Virus record (IMG/VR): IMGVR_UViG_3300030708_002507
Span: 1-48,358 of that record
Source of the DNA: a virus
Taxonomy: Duplodnaviria; Caudoviricetes
Strand: one strand, 5' to 3'
Length of the DNA stretch: 48,358 nucleotides
Of the stretch, positions 1 to 9,590 are shown one piece after another. The notes under the pieces are model-generated. The model was given only the letters and a program-made list of their open reading frames with translations. It did no database searches and was not told the origin of the DNA. Within the stretch, counting starts at the first letter, position 1; each line of letters begins with the position of its first letter. Position numbers and translations under genes: made by a program.

Positions 1-572
1 GCACCTCCATGTTTAACGCCTCTACATTGCACACAATTGTGACTTGCATCAATCATAACTGCCACACCATTATTATCTTTAATAATAGTATTTACTGCAT
101 GATGAATTGCAACTGTCAATTGTTCTTGAATTGCACCTCTTCTACCAAAATGCTCTACCAATCTATTTAATTTAGACAATCCAATCACATGACTATCTTT
201 ACCAGGAATATAAGCAACATGAACTACACCCATAATAGTTTGATGATGATGTGAACACATTGAAGTTAATGGAATACCGCCTTCAAATACCATACCGTCA
301 TAACCATCACTAGGAAATGTTGTTATTGCAGGAGGAGCTTCATATCTACCTGCCCATAAATCATTTACATATGCTTTTGCAACTCTATATGGAGTTTTAT
401 CTGAATTAGGATCTTCTCTCCAATTTACTTTTAATGCATCTAAAAATTTACCAAATGCTATTTCAGCATCTTTAATCATTTCTAGTTTTTCTTTTTCTGT
501 TAAAGGTCGGCCTTCTGCTGCACCGTTGGCATAACCTGCCTTTACTAGTTCTATATTTACTTCTTTTTTCAT
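1..572 (-). CDS. folE: GTP cyclohydrolase I (3' end cut by window edge; not in ORF track)
   Basis: Manual translation from ATG at 572: MKKEVNIELVK...DKTPYRVAKAY...SMCSHHHQTIMGVVHVAYIP...IGLSKLNRLVEHFGRRGAIQEQLT...HNCVQCRGV. Contains the FolE Zn-binding C-x-HH and HxC motifs; AAGGAG upstream. Confidence 0.95.
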   Translation of the reverse strand, partial: MKKEVNIELVKAGYANGAAEGRPLTEKEKLEMIKDAEIAFGKFLDALKVNWREDPNSDKTPYRVAKAYVNDLWAGRYEAPPAITTFPSDGYDGMVFEGGIPLTSMCSHHHQTIMGVVHVAYIPGKDSHVIGLSKLNRLVEHFGRRGAIQEQLTVAIHHAVNTIIKDNNGVAVMIDASHNCVQCRGVKHGG

Positions 573-606
573 ATTACTCCTTCAGTTTAATTATTACGAA
601 TTAATA

Positions 607-1407
607 TTATACACCACGCTCCATATTGAAAGCTATAATATGATCACGGCCTGTCATATTATAACCTTTTTCTGCAACCATCTGAAATACTAATGGATAC
701 ATTTTTATAAGTTGTTCTCTGTTATCGCCAGCTGGCATAATATAAGTTTTGCCTTTTGGAATATCTAATTCAAGTCTTAAAGCTTCTATTTCTTCTAAAT
801 TTTCTTCTGTACCATCCCATACTGGTTTATAATGATAATCATCATGATAACGCATCATCATTTTAATAGCATCAACATTTTTTCTCATTCTATTATGAAC
901 CTTAATCATTCTTTCATCTACAATCTTTCCTGCAGGAGTTTTAGCTCCTAATTTAGGAATTGAATTTGAAAATTTAGGACTTATAGATAATAAATCAATC
1001 GGCCAATCTGTTTTAATAAAATGACTACCTTCTGTTTCCATTGTAAGTACAATTTGTCTTTTTTGACAGAAATGAGTTAATTCATTTACCAATGCGGGAT
1101 GCATTGTAGGTGATCCACCTGTTAACATCATTTCATGTATCTGTGGATTTTCATCATATATCTTAACAATATCATTAAATGTAAATGTACCTTTTTCTGG
1201 ATGTATACTTGTATACCAACTATCACACCAACCTCCTTCACCAAAATAACATCTATGAGTACATCCTGTTGTTCTAACAGCTATTGTCGGCCTACCAATC
1301 CTACTTCCTTCAGATTGAACACATCTGTATACTTCTACAATAGGAAGTATTTTATCATAATCTTCTATACGCTTTTGTACGCTTGGTCTAATTTCACAAT
1401 TATTCAT
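607..1407 (-). CDS. queE: 7-carboxy-7-deazaguanine synthase (radical SAM)
   Basis: VQSEGSRIGRPTIAVRTTGC..C..WCDS, LTGGSP, METEG and SISPK motifs; lies between queD and folE. Confidence 0.92.
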   Translation of the reverse strand: MNNCEIRPSVQKRIEDYDKILPIVEVYRCVQSEGSRIGRPTIAVRTTGCTHRCYFGEGGWCDSWYTSIHPEKGTFTFNDIVKIYDENPQIHEMMLTGGSPTMHPALVNELTHFCQKRQIVLTMETEGSHFIKTDWPIDLLSISPKFSNSIPKLGAKTPAGKIVDERMIKVHNRMRKNVDAIKMMMRYHDDYHYKPVWDGTEENLEEIEALRLELDIPKGKTYIMPAGDNREQLIKMYPLVFQMVAEKGYNMTGRDHIIAFNMERGV

Positions 1408-1861
1408 AATATATCGCCGTATTTTTACCGTGCTCCATAAACTCTACTTGAGCAACTCTTACACGATCATTAGTTTCATCTTTTACAAAATTATTTAATT
1501 TATGAAATATAAATTCTGCAAACTTTTCAGCACCAGTAGCTTTCACCCATCTTAACTGAATAATACCTCGTTCGTTCATTTCTTCTAAAACATCTACTGC
1601 TGGATCATCTTCTGCTGCTATAACAGTATGATCAAACATATAATCCATCCAAGCTTTTGGTTGCATGCCATCAATAAGAGTAGTAGCTCTTTTCATTCCA
1701 CCAAAATCCCATACCCAATTTCTATGATCTAATCTACCTTCAAATGTTACTCGAAATGATACACCATACCCATGCAAAAATCTACAATGAGTATTTTCAG
1801 CTTTCCATTGTCTAAAACAACAACTAAAACCGTCAAATAATTTAGTACTTCTATAATTCAT
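1400..1861 (-). CDS. queD: 6-carboxy-5,6,7,8-tetrahydropterin synthase
   Basis: CRFLHGY, VWDFGGMK, FDHT, TGAEKFA and terminal E motifs of the QueD/PTPS family; gene context. Confidence 0.92.
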   Translation of the reverse strand: MNYRSTKLFDGFSCCFRQWKAENTHCRFLHGYGVSFRVTFEGRLDHRNWVWDFGGMKRATTLIDGMQPKAWMDYMFDHTVIAAEDDPAVDVLEEMNERGIIQLRWVKATGAEKFAEFIFHKLNNFVKDETNDRVRVAQVEFMEHGKNTAIYYE

Positions 1862-1871
1862 AATATACCTT

Positions 1872-1901
1872 AATATAAGAAAAATTTTTCATAAAAACAA
1901 A
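1872..1901 (-). promoter_or_regulatory. Class A (Bacteroidota sigma70-like) promoter for queD-queE-folE
   Basis: TTTGT-N18-TTATATT on the minus strand, one of 8 similarly spaced copies. Confidence 0.6.
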
Positions 1902-1905
1902 TTAT

Positions 1906-2250
1906 TTATGAATTTTTTACTGGCGAATAACTCCATACCAACCAATACTTTCTTCCTTTTTTATGAGGATTCAATAAATGTGATGCTATATGATCAGCAT
2001 GATAAAATTCACTTTCATACTCTTTTCTTGCATCATTATTATTAAATAATGCAAAATCGTTTGCATCTGGATATAATTTATCAAATGCTATTCCTTTATC
2101 TTTATATGACATAGCATTAATAGTATCATTTACCATAGCTGCTAAGTATTCTTTATCATACCATGGAACTTTTTTCCAATCAAATCCTTTCACAATTTTT
2201 TCTACCTGCTGTTTCATTTTCTTTGAATGTTTAGTAACTTTGTATTTCAT
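1906..2250 (-). CDS. Hypothetical protein
   Basis: 114-aa ORF on the coding strand with its own class A promoter. Confidence 0.7.
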   Translation of the reverse strand: MKYKVTKHSKKMKQQVEKIVKGFDWKKVPWYDKEYLAAMVNDTINAMSYKDKGIAFDKLYPDANDFALFNNNDARKEYESEFYHADHIASHLLNPHKKGRKYWLVWSYSPVKNS

Positions 2251-2265
2251 ATTTAATTTTTTTAT

Positions 2266-2295
2266 AATATAACAAATTATTTACAATTATCCAAA
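2266..2295 (-). promoter_or_regulatory. Class A promoter
   Basis: TTTGG-N18-TTATATT. Confidence 0.6.
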
Positions 2296-2525
2296 TCTTT
2301 TACAACCTTTGTTAGATTTTTTATAGCAATATTCATGTCATTGTTAGACATATGAGCCCAAGCTTCTAATGCTCCTGCTTTTTTAGCAAAATGCATATCT
2401 TGGTCTGAATCTTGATCAAGTTTTTCTATATTTTGGAAATCTACTCTAAATTGTAACTGTTTGATAACATGTTCTAATTCTAATTTTGCAGAATATAATT
2501 CTGACTGTAACTGCGCTTTTGTCAT
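2277..2525 (-). CDS. Hypothetical protein
   Basis: 82-aa ORF packed tightly between its neighbours. Confidence 0.65.
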   Translation of the reverse strand: MTKAQLQSELYSAKLELEHVIKQLQFRVDFQNIEKLDQDSDQDMHFAKKAGALEAWAHMSNNDMNIAIKNLTKVVKDLDNCK

Positions 2526-2528
2526 TCT

Positions 2529-2900
2529 TTAATTTTTAATATTTATAATTTCATTTAATTTTATACCCAATAATCTAACTGACCAAATCTTTCTGATGAT
2601 TGTTCTACCATAATCATCATCTCCATCTTCATCTTCATATAAATCAATTGCTGCTTCAAATCCTTCGTCATTTAATAATTGAGTAATCTCTCTTGCTTGC
2701 TGGCTTGTATAAACTTTTATATATGGTTCATGATGGTGATTACCTTCTGAATCAGAACATGATATCCATTTTAAATCAAAATTCCATTCTTGAGTTGAAT
2801 TAGCTAAGCTCATGATATGCTGTAACCATTCTTTAATATCAACATATTGTTCCAATTCTTTTGAATAAATTAATCCGTCTATAACTTTATTTTCGCTCAT
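2529..2900 (-). CDS. Hypothetical acidic protein
   Basis: 123-aa ORF with AAGGA upstream. Confidence 0.7.
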   Translation of the reverse strand: MSENKVIDGLIYSKELEQYVDIKEWLQHIMSLANSTQEWNFDLKWISCSDSEGNHHHEPYIKVYTSQQAREITQLLNDEGFEAAIDLYEDEDGDDDYGRTIIRKIWSVRLLGIKLNEIINIKN

Positions 2901-2923
2901 TTTCCTTTCTTTTTATATATATA

Positions 2924-2953
2924 AAAATAAGAAAAAAATCTCACGCTACCAAA
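2924..2953 (-). promoter_or_regulatory. Class A promoter
   Basis: TTTGG-N18-TTATTTT. Confidence 0.55.
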
Positions 2954-3020
2954 TCTTTTGGCAGCTTTTTTTGAAAAAGTTATATAGGAATTCCGTGATA
3001 TAATTTTTCAATCCAACACA

Positions 3021-4877
3021 TTATACTATCTCACAAGCACCACCAGCGCAAGCTAATTCACCTTTTAAATCAGTTTCATCTTCTTCTTCAATAATATTTG
3101 AAAGATCTACTTTTGATAATGAACCCATCATTCTTTCATATGTTTCTTCATCAATATCTTCAAATGGTGCTTGAGTGTAAGTACCACCGTCATAAGGTAA
3201 TACAGATAAACCGTTATAAGAATCTTTATTATCCCACATCCATTCGCCTGCTGCATCCCATTCATGTTCTCTCAATGAAATAGTTGCAGAAACATTATGA
3301 GTATTTGATCCTGTTCTATGTCCTGGTTTTATCCATTCGGTTGCAACTTTTTTAACTCTTTCCAATAATTGGAATGGTGACTCTGTTCTCATAATAGCAC
3401 CTGCAGGAGCTTTTTGTGGTACAGATATTACTGCAGTATCATGAGGTCTAAAATATTCATCTTCAACTAATTCTGGATGATGTTCCATTAAATATTTATA
3501 TATAGATTCATTTTTACCAACTCTAATTCTTCTAATATAATAATCATTATGCCATGCATGAATACCTGATGATGTTCCTAATGTTAAAGAAGTTGTTCCT
3601 GCAGGTTTAACTGTAGTTGCTCTTGCTGTTTTATTTATTCCAATTAGTTTTGCAACTCTAACATTTTCTTCTCTAACAATTTTGGCCGCGGCCTTCATAT
3701 CATAACCTAATACTGTACCTGATCCTATTCCTGTCATTGACACACCTATAAGCGCGTCTTTTTCAGTTGTTCGTTGCCATACTGGTCTTAAATAATGAAA
3801 TTCTGTATATCCTGCTTGAAGCGTTCCAATAAATGCAGCTGCTTTAACTCTTTCATTAAAATCTTCTTGCGATTCAATATTTGATACATTTACTTCACAT
3901 AAGTTACAAAACTGAAAAGGCCTTAATGCTATTTCGCAACAAGGGTTTGTACCCCAGTCTTTATCATTTGATAAATATATTCCTGGTTCTCCTGCTCCTG
4001 ATAATTCGACTCTTTTCCATATATCCATAAAAAACTCTTTGGTAATTTTATGTCTCATAAGAACAGCTGAATTATTAGCTCTACCTCTTTGTGGATTCAA
4101 TTCCCACCAATTACCTGATTTACAAGCAATCATTTCATCGTCATGAGCACTAAACAAACTAATAAGAGCAGCTCTACGAATACCACCGGCCAAGACTGCG
4201 TCTGCAATATGACAGACAATATCATGGACTTCCAACGTTGATAATTTGTCTCCATCTTGTTTCTCCTTTAATACCCCTTCAATTTTAACTAAACATTCTT
4301 TTAATGGTTGAGGTCCTGGGGCTTTACCTCCTGATGTTACTAATCTTGCTCCTTTAGGTCTTATATCTGTATAATCAAATTGTAATTTTGAACCTCCAAA
4401 GAAGTATGATTTCATTAATATTTTTACTGCATCTGCCCATCCTTCTATACTATCAGCAATTAAATATCTTCTTGATCTTTTTGGATTAGGTTTTCTTATT
4501 TCTGGTAATTCATCTACATGATGCTGTTGTACTGAATATCCTACACCTGTACCGCCTAATAACAAAAACATAGTTTCTGAAAATGCTCTCCAATCATCTA
4601 TAGGAAGATATGCACAATTATAAACTCTATTAGGACTTATCTCAATTGGTTTACCTGCAAATTGCATAGACCTCATAGATGGTAATACTTTTTTACTTTT
4701 TACCAATTTATATGCTTTCATTATTTCATCCTTTAAGTCAGGATATTTTTTAAGGTGCATTGCTCTATTTCGATCAACTAGTTCTGTCCAAGTCTCTCTT
4801 CTATTTTTATTTGATAGAAATTTTGCATACTTCATGTATACTGTAATTTCTGATAGTATTTTTGTAGATATGTCCAT
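3021..4877 (-). CDS. nrdJ: Class II (adenosylcobalamin-dependent) ribonucleotide reductase, monomeric type
   Basis: RRETW, YNCAY, GGIRRAALI, TNPCCEI, FCNLCE and TTVKPAGTTS motifs; C-terminal CAGGAC redox pair; no beta-subunit gene nearby. Confidence 0.93.
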   Translation of the reverse strand: MDISTKILSEITVYMKYAKFLSNKNRRETWTELVDRNRAMHLKKYPDLKDEIMKAYKLVKSKKVLPSMRSMQFAGKPIEISPNRVYNCAYLPIDDWRAFSETMFLLLGGTGVGYSVQQHHVDELPEIRKPNPKRSRRYLIADSIEGWADAVKILMKSYFFGGSKLQFDYTDIRPKGARLVTSGGKAPGPQPLKECLVKIEGVLKEKQDGDKLSTLEVHDIVCHIADAVLAGGIRRAALISLFSAHDDEMIACKSGNWWELNPQRGRANNSAVLMRHKITKEFFMDIWKRVELSGAGEPGIYLSNDKDWGTNPCCEIALRPFQFCNLCEVNVSNIESQEDFNERVKAAAFIGTLQAGYTEFHYLRPVWQRTTEKDALIGVSMTGIGSGTVLGYDMKAAAKIVREENVRVAKLIGINKTARATTVKPAGTTSLTLGTSSGIHAWHNDYYIRRIRVGKNESIYKYLMEHHPELVEDEYFRPHDTAVISVPQKAPAGAIMRTESPFQLLERVKKVATEWIKPGHRTGSNTHNVSATISLREHEWDAAGEWMWDNKDSYNGLSVLPYDGGTYTQAPFEDIDEETYERMMGSLSKVDLSNIIEEEDETDLKGELACAGGACEIV

Positions 4878-4951
4878 TATGTTTCCTTTTTTTCATTAAA
4901 ATTTATTGGATAAAACGTAAAAAAGTTGTAACCTTTATTATTTTGTTTCAT
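4877..4951 (-). CDS. Possible 24-aa upstream ORF coupled to nrdJ (MKQNNKGYNFFTFYPINFNEKKET)
   Basis: ATG at 4951; its TAA overlaps the nrdJ ATG (TAATG); starts just after a class B motif. Confidence 0.3.
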   Translation of the reverse strand: MKQNNKGYNFFTFYPINFNEKKET

Positions 4952-4963
4952 CTTATTTTCATA

Positions 4964-4972
4964 TATAAATAT
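4964..4972 (-). promoter_or_regulatory. Class B motif ATATTTATA (putative phage late promoter) upstream of nrdJ
   Basis: One of 14 intergenic copies. Confidence 0.5.
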
Positions 4973-5022
4973 TGGTTGAGCGCTCATTACAGTTCATTTT
5001 TGACAGAAAAAGTTAAACTTTT

Positions 5023-6378
5023 TTACTCAAAACCTTCATTTGAAATTTCTTGATATTTACGTGCTAATAATTTTCTCGTAAGCTCATTCCCACCATCCAT
5101 TTGCTTTTGTGTCTCCTTACCACCTACAGATGTTTCAGCATATATATGAAATTGACCATTAGAAGTATTCATTTTACTAGGCAATGTAATACCATCAGGA
5201 CCAAATCTATTTTTAATAACATGCCATCTACCTGTACCTGATAATTTATCTTGAACCTTTCTTGATAATGATAATACAAAATCTGCAACCATTACTTTAC
5301 CATATGATTCAGATATTTTACTTGCATCAATAATATCTTCTTCTAATGCTGATCTATTTGCTTGAGATGCAGTCCAGACTGGTATTTCATATTCTCCAGC
5401 CATTCCTCTCAAGTCTTCATATATTCCTTCCAGTTCATGTCTTTTTTCTTGACCATGGCCTCTCAATAGATCTGCATAATCAACTATAATAACGTCTGGC
5501 TTTTTGCCTTGCATTATACATTTTTCAACATGACTTCTCAATCCCATAACAGATATAGTTTTAGTCGGATAATGTTTAATAATTAATTCACCATTTAATT
5601 TAGATAACTGTTCTTTAATATCTTCTTGATAATGTTTTAGATTTTGATTCGCAATACCTGTTATAACAGAATCATATCTTAAACCAACATATGCTTCATT
5701 CAATTCTAATGTATAATGAAGAACTGTTTTACCTTTCTTAACTGCATCTGCTCCAACATTCATTAACGCCCATGACTTACCAATACCAGCTGGAGCAACC
5801 ATTACTCCTAATTCACCTCGACCTAAACCGCCATCTGTTAATTCATTGATAACTTCCCATGGAGTTGCTTGAACATCTCTAACCGCATCTGTATAACGTT
5901 CTTCTATACTTGTCATATAATCATGACCAATATCTTTGTCCGCACCTGCTTTGAGAGCTCCATCAACTTTAGCTTTAATGCCTTCATAATCGCCATTTTT
6001 CAATAATTCAACTGATGCTAATATAGCTCTTTTTATTTCTTGATTTTTACAAAAATCTAATGCTTGATCTTTGATATAATCTAAATCTGTAGATTCTGTA
6101 AACTTCCATGCATCTTTAAGATGCTGAATTATCTGTTCTTTCAAAACATCATGATCAACTTTTTCAAGCTTAACTTTCATCACTTCCAATGTAGGAGATG
6201 ATTTATATTCTTTATGATATTCTAAAATTGTATCAACAATCCAACTGTTAGCATCTGATTCGAAATATGATGAAATCATTATATCCGATATTTGTTCTAA
6301 AAAGCTTTTATCAGTTAATAAAGATGTTATAACCTTTATCTGAAAAGCGTATCCGTAACTACTTAATCTATCTGTCAT
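5023..6378 (-). CDS. Replicative DNA helicase (DnaB / T4 gp41-like)
   Basis: Walker A APAGIGKS, IIVDYAD, WTASQANR and KNRFG. Confidence 0.93.
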   Translation of the reverse strand: MTDRLSSYGYAFQIKVITSLLTDKSFLEQISDIMISSYFESDANSWIVDTILEYHKEYKSSPTLEVMKVKLEKVDHDVLKEQIIQHLKDAWKFTESTDLDYIKDQALDFCKNQEIKRAILASVELLKNGDYEGIKAKVDGALKAGADKDIGHDYMTSIEERYTDAVRDVQATPWEVINELTDGGLGRGELGVMVAPAGIGKSWALMNVGADAVKKGKTVLHYTLELNEAYVGLRYDSVITGIANQNLKHYQEDIKEQLSKLNGELIIKHYPTKTISVMGLRSHVEKCIMQGKKPDVIIVDYADLLRGHGQEKRHELEGIYEDLRGMAGEYEIPVWTASQANRSALEEDIIDASKISESYGKVMVADFVLSLSRKVQDKLSGTGRWHVIKNRFGPDGITLPSKMNTSNGQFHIYAETSVGGKETQKQMDGGNELTRKLLARKYQEISNEGFE

Positions 6379-6383
6379 ACTTT

Positions 6384-6412
6384 AATATAATAAATTATTT
6401 TCAAATATCAAA
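6384..6412 (-). promoter_or_regulatory. Class A promoter directly before the helicase ATG
   Basis: TTTGA-N17-TTATATTAAAGT-ATG. Confidence 0.55.
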
Positions 6413-7463
6413 GTGATGTGTAAGCATTTAATGTATTGAATGAAGTTGCAAGCCATGTATCCAAATCTTTTATGACTGTATACATTTTATCTTGCATGAA
6501 CATTTTCTTAAATTGAAATGTATTTAATTTATCTACAGGACCTGTCACCTTATCATGTATCATCATCTTCAAATTGCCAGCTATATCAACTTCTTTTAGT
6601 TGCATTAAAGAACGGTTCAAGTTAACCTGGTCCTCTGATTCAATAACGGACTTATAGATTTTGTAGCGATCTTTACCATCCTGAGCATGTTCCATTAATT
6701 CTTTAAAATCTACATGCCTATCTTCGGCAACCATAGGAAAATACTTGATAAGCGATTTTAATGCTACTCCTTTTACACCTGGAATGTTATCTGATTTATC
6801 ACCTAGAAATGTTCTATATAATAAATAATTAGATGCATTGATTCCAAATTCTTCTTTCATTAGTTCTGGAGTATACATTTTCTTTTTGATAGGACTCCAA
6901 ACTGATATTCTATCATTTACTAATTGTAAAAAGTCTCTATCAGTTGAAACTATTTGTACTTTTTGATCTGGTTCTGTATATACTTCATTTGCAATATATG
7001 CTATAGTATCATCAGCTTCTATATTATCGACTGCTAACATTGTTATTGGTAAACAATTTAAATATTCAATTAATCTACCAAACTGTTTTTTCATTGATTC
7101 TGATTCATCTTTTTTTGTAGCAAATTCTTGATACCTGTTAAATTTTGTATTAACAGCTCTATTTGCTTTATAATCTGGATAAATCTTTTTTCTACGTTTA
7201 GAGCCTCCTTTGCCATCAAAGCAAACAATAACTCTTGTAGGTTTGAGAAGACGAATATTGGCGGCTATAGATCTTAAGAATCCAGTAACACCGCCAATAT
7301 GATCTCCATCATCATTTAATGCAGGAACTGCAGAAAATACTCTGATAAAGGTGTTAAGACCATCGAGTATCAATATTCTACTATTAATATTCGATGGTCC
7401 ACCTTCTTGATGTTCCTTGACAACGTCTTGGAAAAGTTTATGATATCTTTTAAGATTCTTCAT
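6408..7463 (-). CDS. 5'-3' exonuclease / flap endonuclease (PolI N-terminal domain, T4 RNase H-like)
   Basis: ILDGLN, FDG, YPDYKANR, EADD, STDRD and GDKSDNIPGVKG. Confidence 0.93.
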   Translation of the reverse strand: MKNLKRYHKLFQDVVKEHQEGGPSNINSRILILDGLNTFIRVFSAVPALNDDGDHIGGVTGFLRSIAANIRLLKPTRVIVCFDGKGGSKRRKKIYPDYKANRAVNTKFNRYQEFATKKDESESMKKQFGRLIEYLNCLPITMLAVDNIEADDTIAYIANEVYTEPDQKVQIVSTDRDFLQLVNDRISVWSPIKKKMYTPELMKEEFGINASNYLLYRTFLGDKSDNIPGVKGVALKSLIKYFPMVAEDRHVDFKELMEHAQDGKDRYKIYKSVIESEDQVNLNRSLMQLKEVDIAGNLKMMIHDKVTGPVDKLNTFQFKKMFMQDKMYTVIKDLDTWLATSFNTLNAYTSL

Positions 7464-8604
7464 TCGTGAATTCTTCTTCTATTTCAATATCATCAATTCC
7501 AATATTATCACCTGGCTTATAAGTTAATATATAAGCGTCACAGATAGCATTGTATATCTCATCCTTCAATTCTGGATCTGCTTCAAGTTTACCTTGAAAG
7601 TCTTTTGATAAGAATTTTACATCTGTACCATCTGATTTCTTATATGTATACCATGCACCAGCTGTACTCACCAATTTGAATTGTTTCATAACATTTAACC
7701 ATCCGCCAAAGTCATCGATACCACTTTCAAAGTAAATATCATAATCAATAGTTTTTAATGGTGGACCCATTCTATTTTTAATAACTTGACATCTAGTTTT
7801 GATACCAACAGTTTGATCAACACCATCTTTTTTGACTTTGATCTGTCCTACTGATTTCAATCGTAACCGTACTGATGAGTGAAATGGAATTGCTTTACCA
7901 CCACTAGTTGTCCAAGGATCACCAAATGCTACACCTAACCTTGAACGAAGCTGATTAGTAAACAACAAGGCAATTCGCTGTCTACCAATTAGATTTGTTA
8001 TCTTACGCATACCTTTTGATAATATGATGGCTTTACTTGTAGCCCAACCATCTTTATCATAATCTGCTGCTTGTTCAATCTTTGTTGAAGCTCCCATTAC
8101 TGAATCTACGACAATTGTAACCAATCTATCTTTGTTAGATTTTCTAACTGATTCAATAATACTTTCAATTGCTTCAAAAATATCCTCAATAGCATCTAAT
8201 GGAACATAGAGCATTTTTTCCAGGTCTAATCCTATTGCTTCTAAAAATTCACGGCTAACCGCATTTTCAGTATCAATATATACTGCAAGACCTCCTTGCT
8301 TTTGCGTATCTGCTAAAGCATGAGCTGCTAGTAATGATTTACCTGAAGCTTCTAATCCTGTTATCTCAGTTATTCTGCCAACTGGAAAACCTCCACCTTT
8401 TCTATTTGAGATTGCCAAGTCTAACATTGAAGAACCTGTACCTACCCATCCACCTACTTCACTAGGTGAATCCGTATCTCCGTTAAGGAAATATGCAACT
8501 TTATAGTTAGTATTTTTAAATTTCTTATTCAGTCCTTCTTGAATACTTTGACCTAATGCAGTTGCTAGATCTTCTGCTTGTTCTGCTTTTGTTTTTCTTG
8601 CCAT
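7450..8604 (-). CDS. recA: RecA/UvsX-like recombinase
   Basis: GRITEITGLEASGKS, VVDSV, NQLR, TTSGGKAIPFHSSVRL and KNR. Confidence 0.93.
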   Translation of the reverse strand: MARKTKAEQAEDLATALGQSIQEGLNKKFKNTNYKVAYFLNGDTDSPSEVGGWVGTGSSMLDLAISNRKGGGFPVGRITEITGLEASGKSLLAAHALADTQKQGGLAVYIDTENAVSREFLEAIGLDLEKMLYVPLDAIEDIFEAIESIIESVRKSNKDRLVTIVVDSVMGASTKIEQAADYDKDGWATSKAIILSKGMRKITNLIGRQRIALLFTNQLRSRLGVAFGDPWTTSGGKAIPFHSSVRLRLKSVGQIKVKKDGVDQTVGIKTRCQVIKNRMGPPLKTIDYDIYFESGIDDFGGWLNVMKQFKLVSTAGAWYTYKKSDGTDVKFLSKDFQGKLEADPELKDEIYNAICDAYILTYKPGDNIGIDDIEIEEEFTNEES

Positions 8605-8622
8605 AACTTGTTTCTCCTAATA

Positions 8623-9426
8623 TTACTCGTTAAACAAATCGTCAAATGCTGCTGATACATCGTCAACTTTGTTTACACCTTCTTTAACTGATTCTTTCTT
8701 TTCTTCTTTTTCCCATGGAAGATCACCTTTAGTTTCTGCTGGAGTTGATGCTGAATCTTGTACAGCGTCATCGCCTTCTGGATTCAACCAGTTAGCTAAA
8801 GCTTCTTTAAGCTCATCATATGATGGCTCTTTAAAGATGTCTGATAAGTTTGGTTGGTTATTTGTTACCATATCCATTACATTCTTATCTTCAGTTAAAG
8901 GAGTAACATTAGGTTTCACTCGTATAGACGTTTTTGGAAATTGTCCAGGTCCTTCTGCAGGTGTAAACTCAACTAAGATATCTCTACCATTCATTGCATC
9001 TGTAATATCACCGTAATCTGGATCTGCTATCACTCCCAATAATTCTTGATAAACTAATTTACCAAAACCCCAAAACTTAACACCTTCTGATTCTTTACCT
9101 CTTACAAGCACAGGAACATAAGTTCTCATTTTAGGTTCCATTTTCTTACCTAATTTCCATTCATCTGAATTACCAGAAGATTTTAATTTTTCAGAAAATT
9201 CAACTACAGGATCTGGACGACCATGAGTTACTGGTGATAAATAGTTTTTCTTGCCTAAGTCATAGTGAAAGTATAATTCGTTAAACGGATTATCTTTTCT
9301 GTGCTGATAAGGAACTATTCTAATGATTTGCTTGCCTGGTTCAGGCTTCCACAGATTCGAAGTTCTGTTGTTTGATGTTTGTAATTGATTAAGTTTAGCC
9401 TTAATCGCGTCTAAGTTAATTGCCAT
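8623..9426 (-). CDS. Single-stranded DNA-binding protein (T4 gp32-like)
   Basis: WKP..G...IRIVP, VKFWGFGK..YQEL, DYGDITD...GRD and acidic tail AFDDLFNE; adjacent to recA. Confidence 0.85.
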   Translation of the reverse strand: MAINLDAIKAKLNQLQTSNNRTSNLWKPEPGKQIIRIVPYQHRKDNPFNELYFHYDLGKKNYLSPVTHGRPDPVVEFSEKLKSSGNSDEWKLGKKMEPKMRTYVPVLVRGKESEGVKFWGFGKLVYQELLGVIADPDYGDITDAMNGRDILVEFTPAEGPGQFPKTSIRVKPNVTPLTEDKNVMDMVTNNQPNLSDIFKEPSYDELKEALANWLNPEGDDAVQDSASTPAETKGDLPWEKEEKKESVKEGVNKVDDVSAAFDDLFNE

Positions 9427-9465
9427 TTTCTTCTCCTATTTTTTAATGGTTAATAATTAATAATT

Positions 9466-9495
9466 AATATAACAACTTTATTTCGTATTTCCTAA
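9466..9495 (-). promoter_or_regulatory. Class A promoter for SSB/recA
   Basis: TTAGG-N18-TTATATT. Confidence 0.55.
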
Positions 9496-9555
9496 GCATT
9501 ATTGAAAAAAGTTGCAAAAAAGTTTAACTGCTATTTTTTAATTTTTATTTCTTAA

Positions 9556-9564
9556 TATAAATAT
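9556..9564 (-). promoter_or_regulatory. Class B motif upstream of SSB
   Basis: ATATTTATA. Confidence 0.45.
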
Positions 9565-9590
9565 ATAGAATATTATTTTAATATCCTAAT

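Noticed and set aside
4878-5022. Cobalamin riboswitch upstream of nrdJ
   Set aside because: The region is too short and AT-rich, with no B12-box or GC stems.
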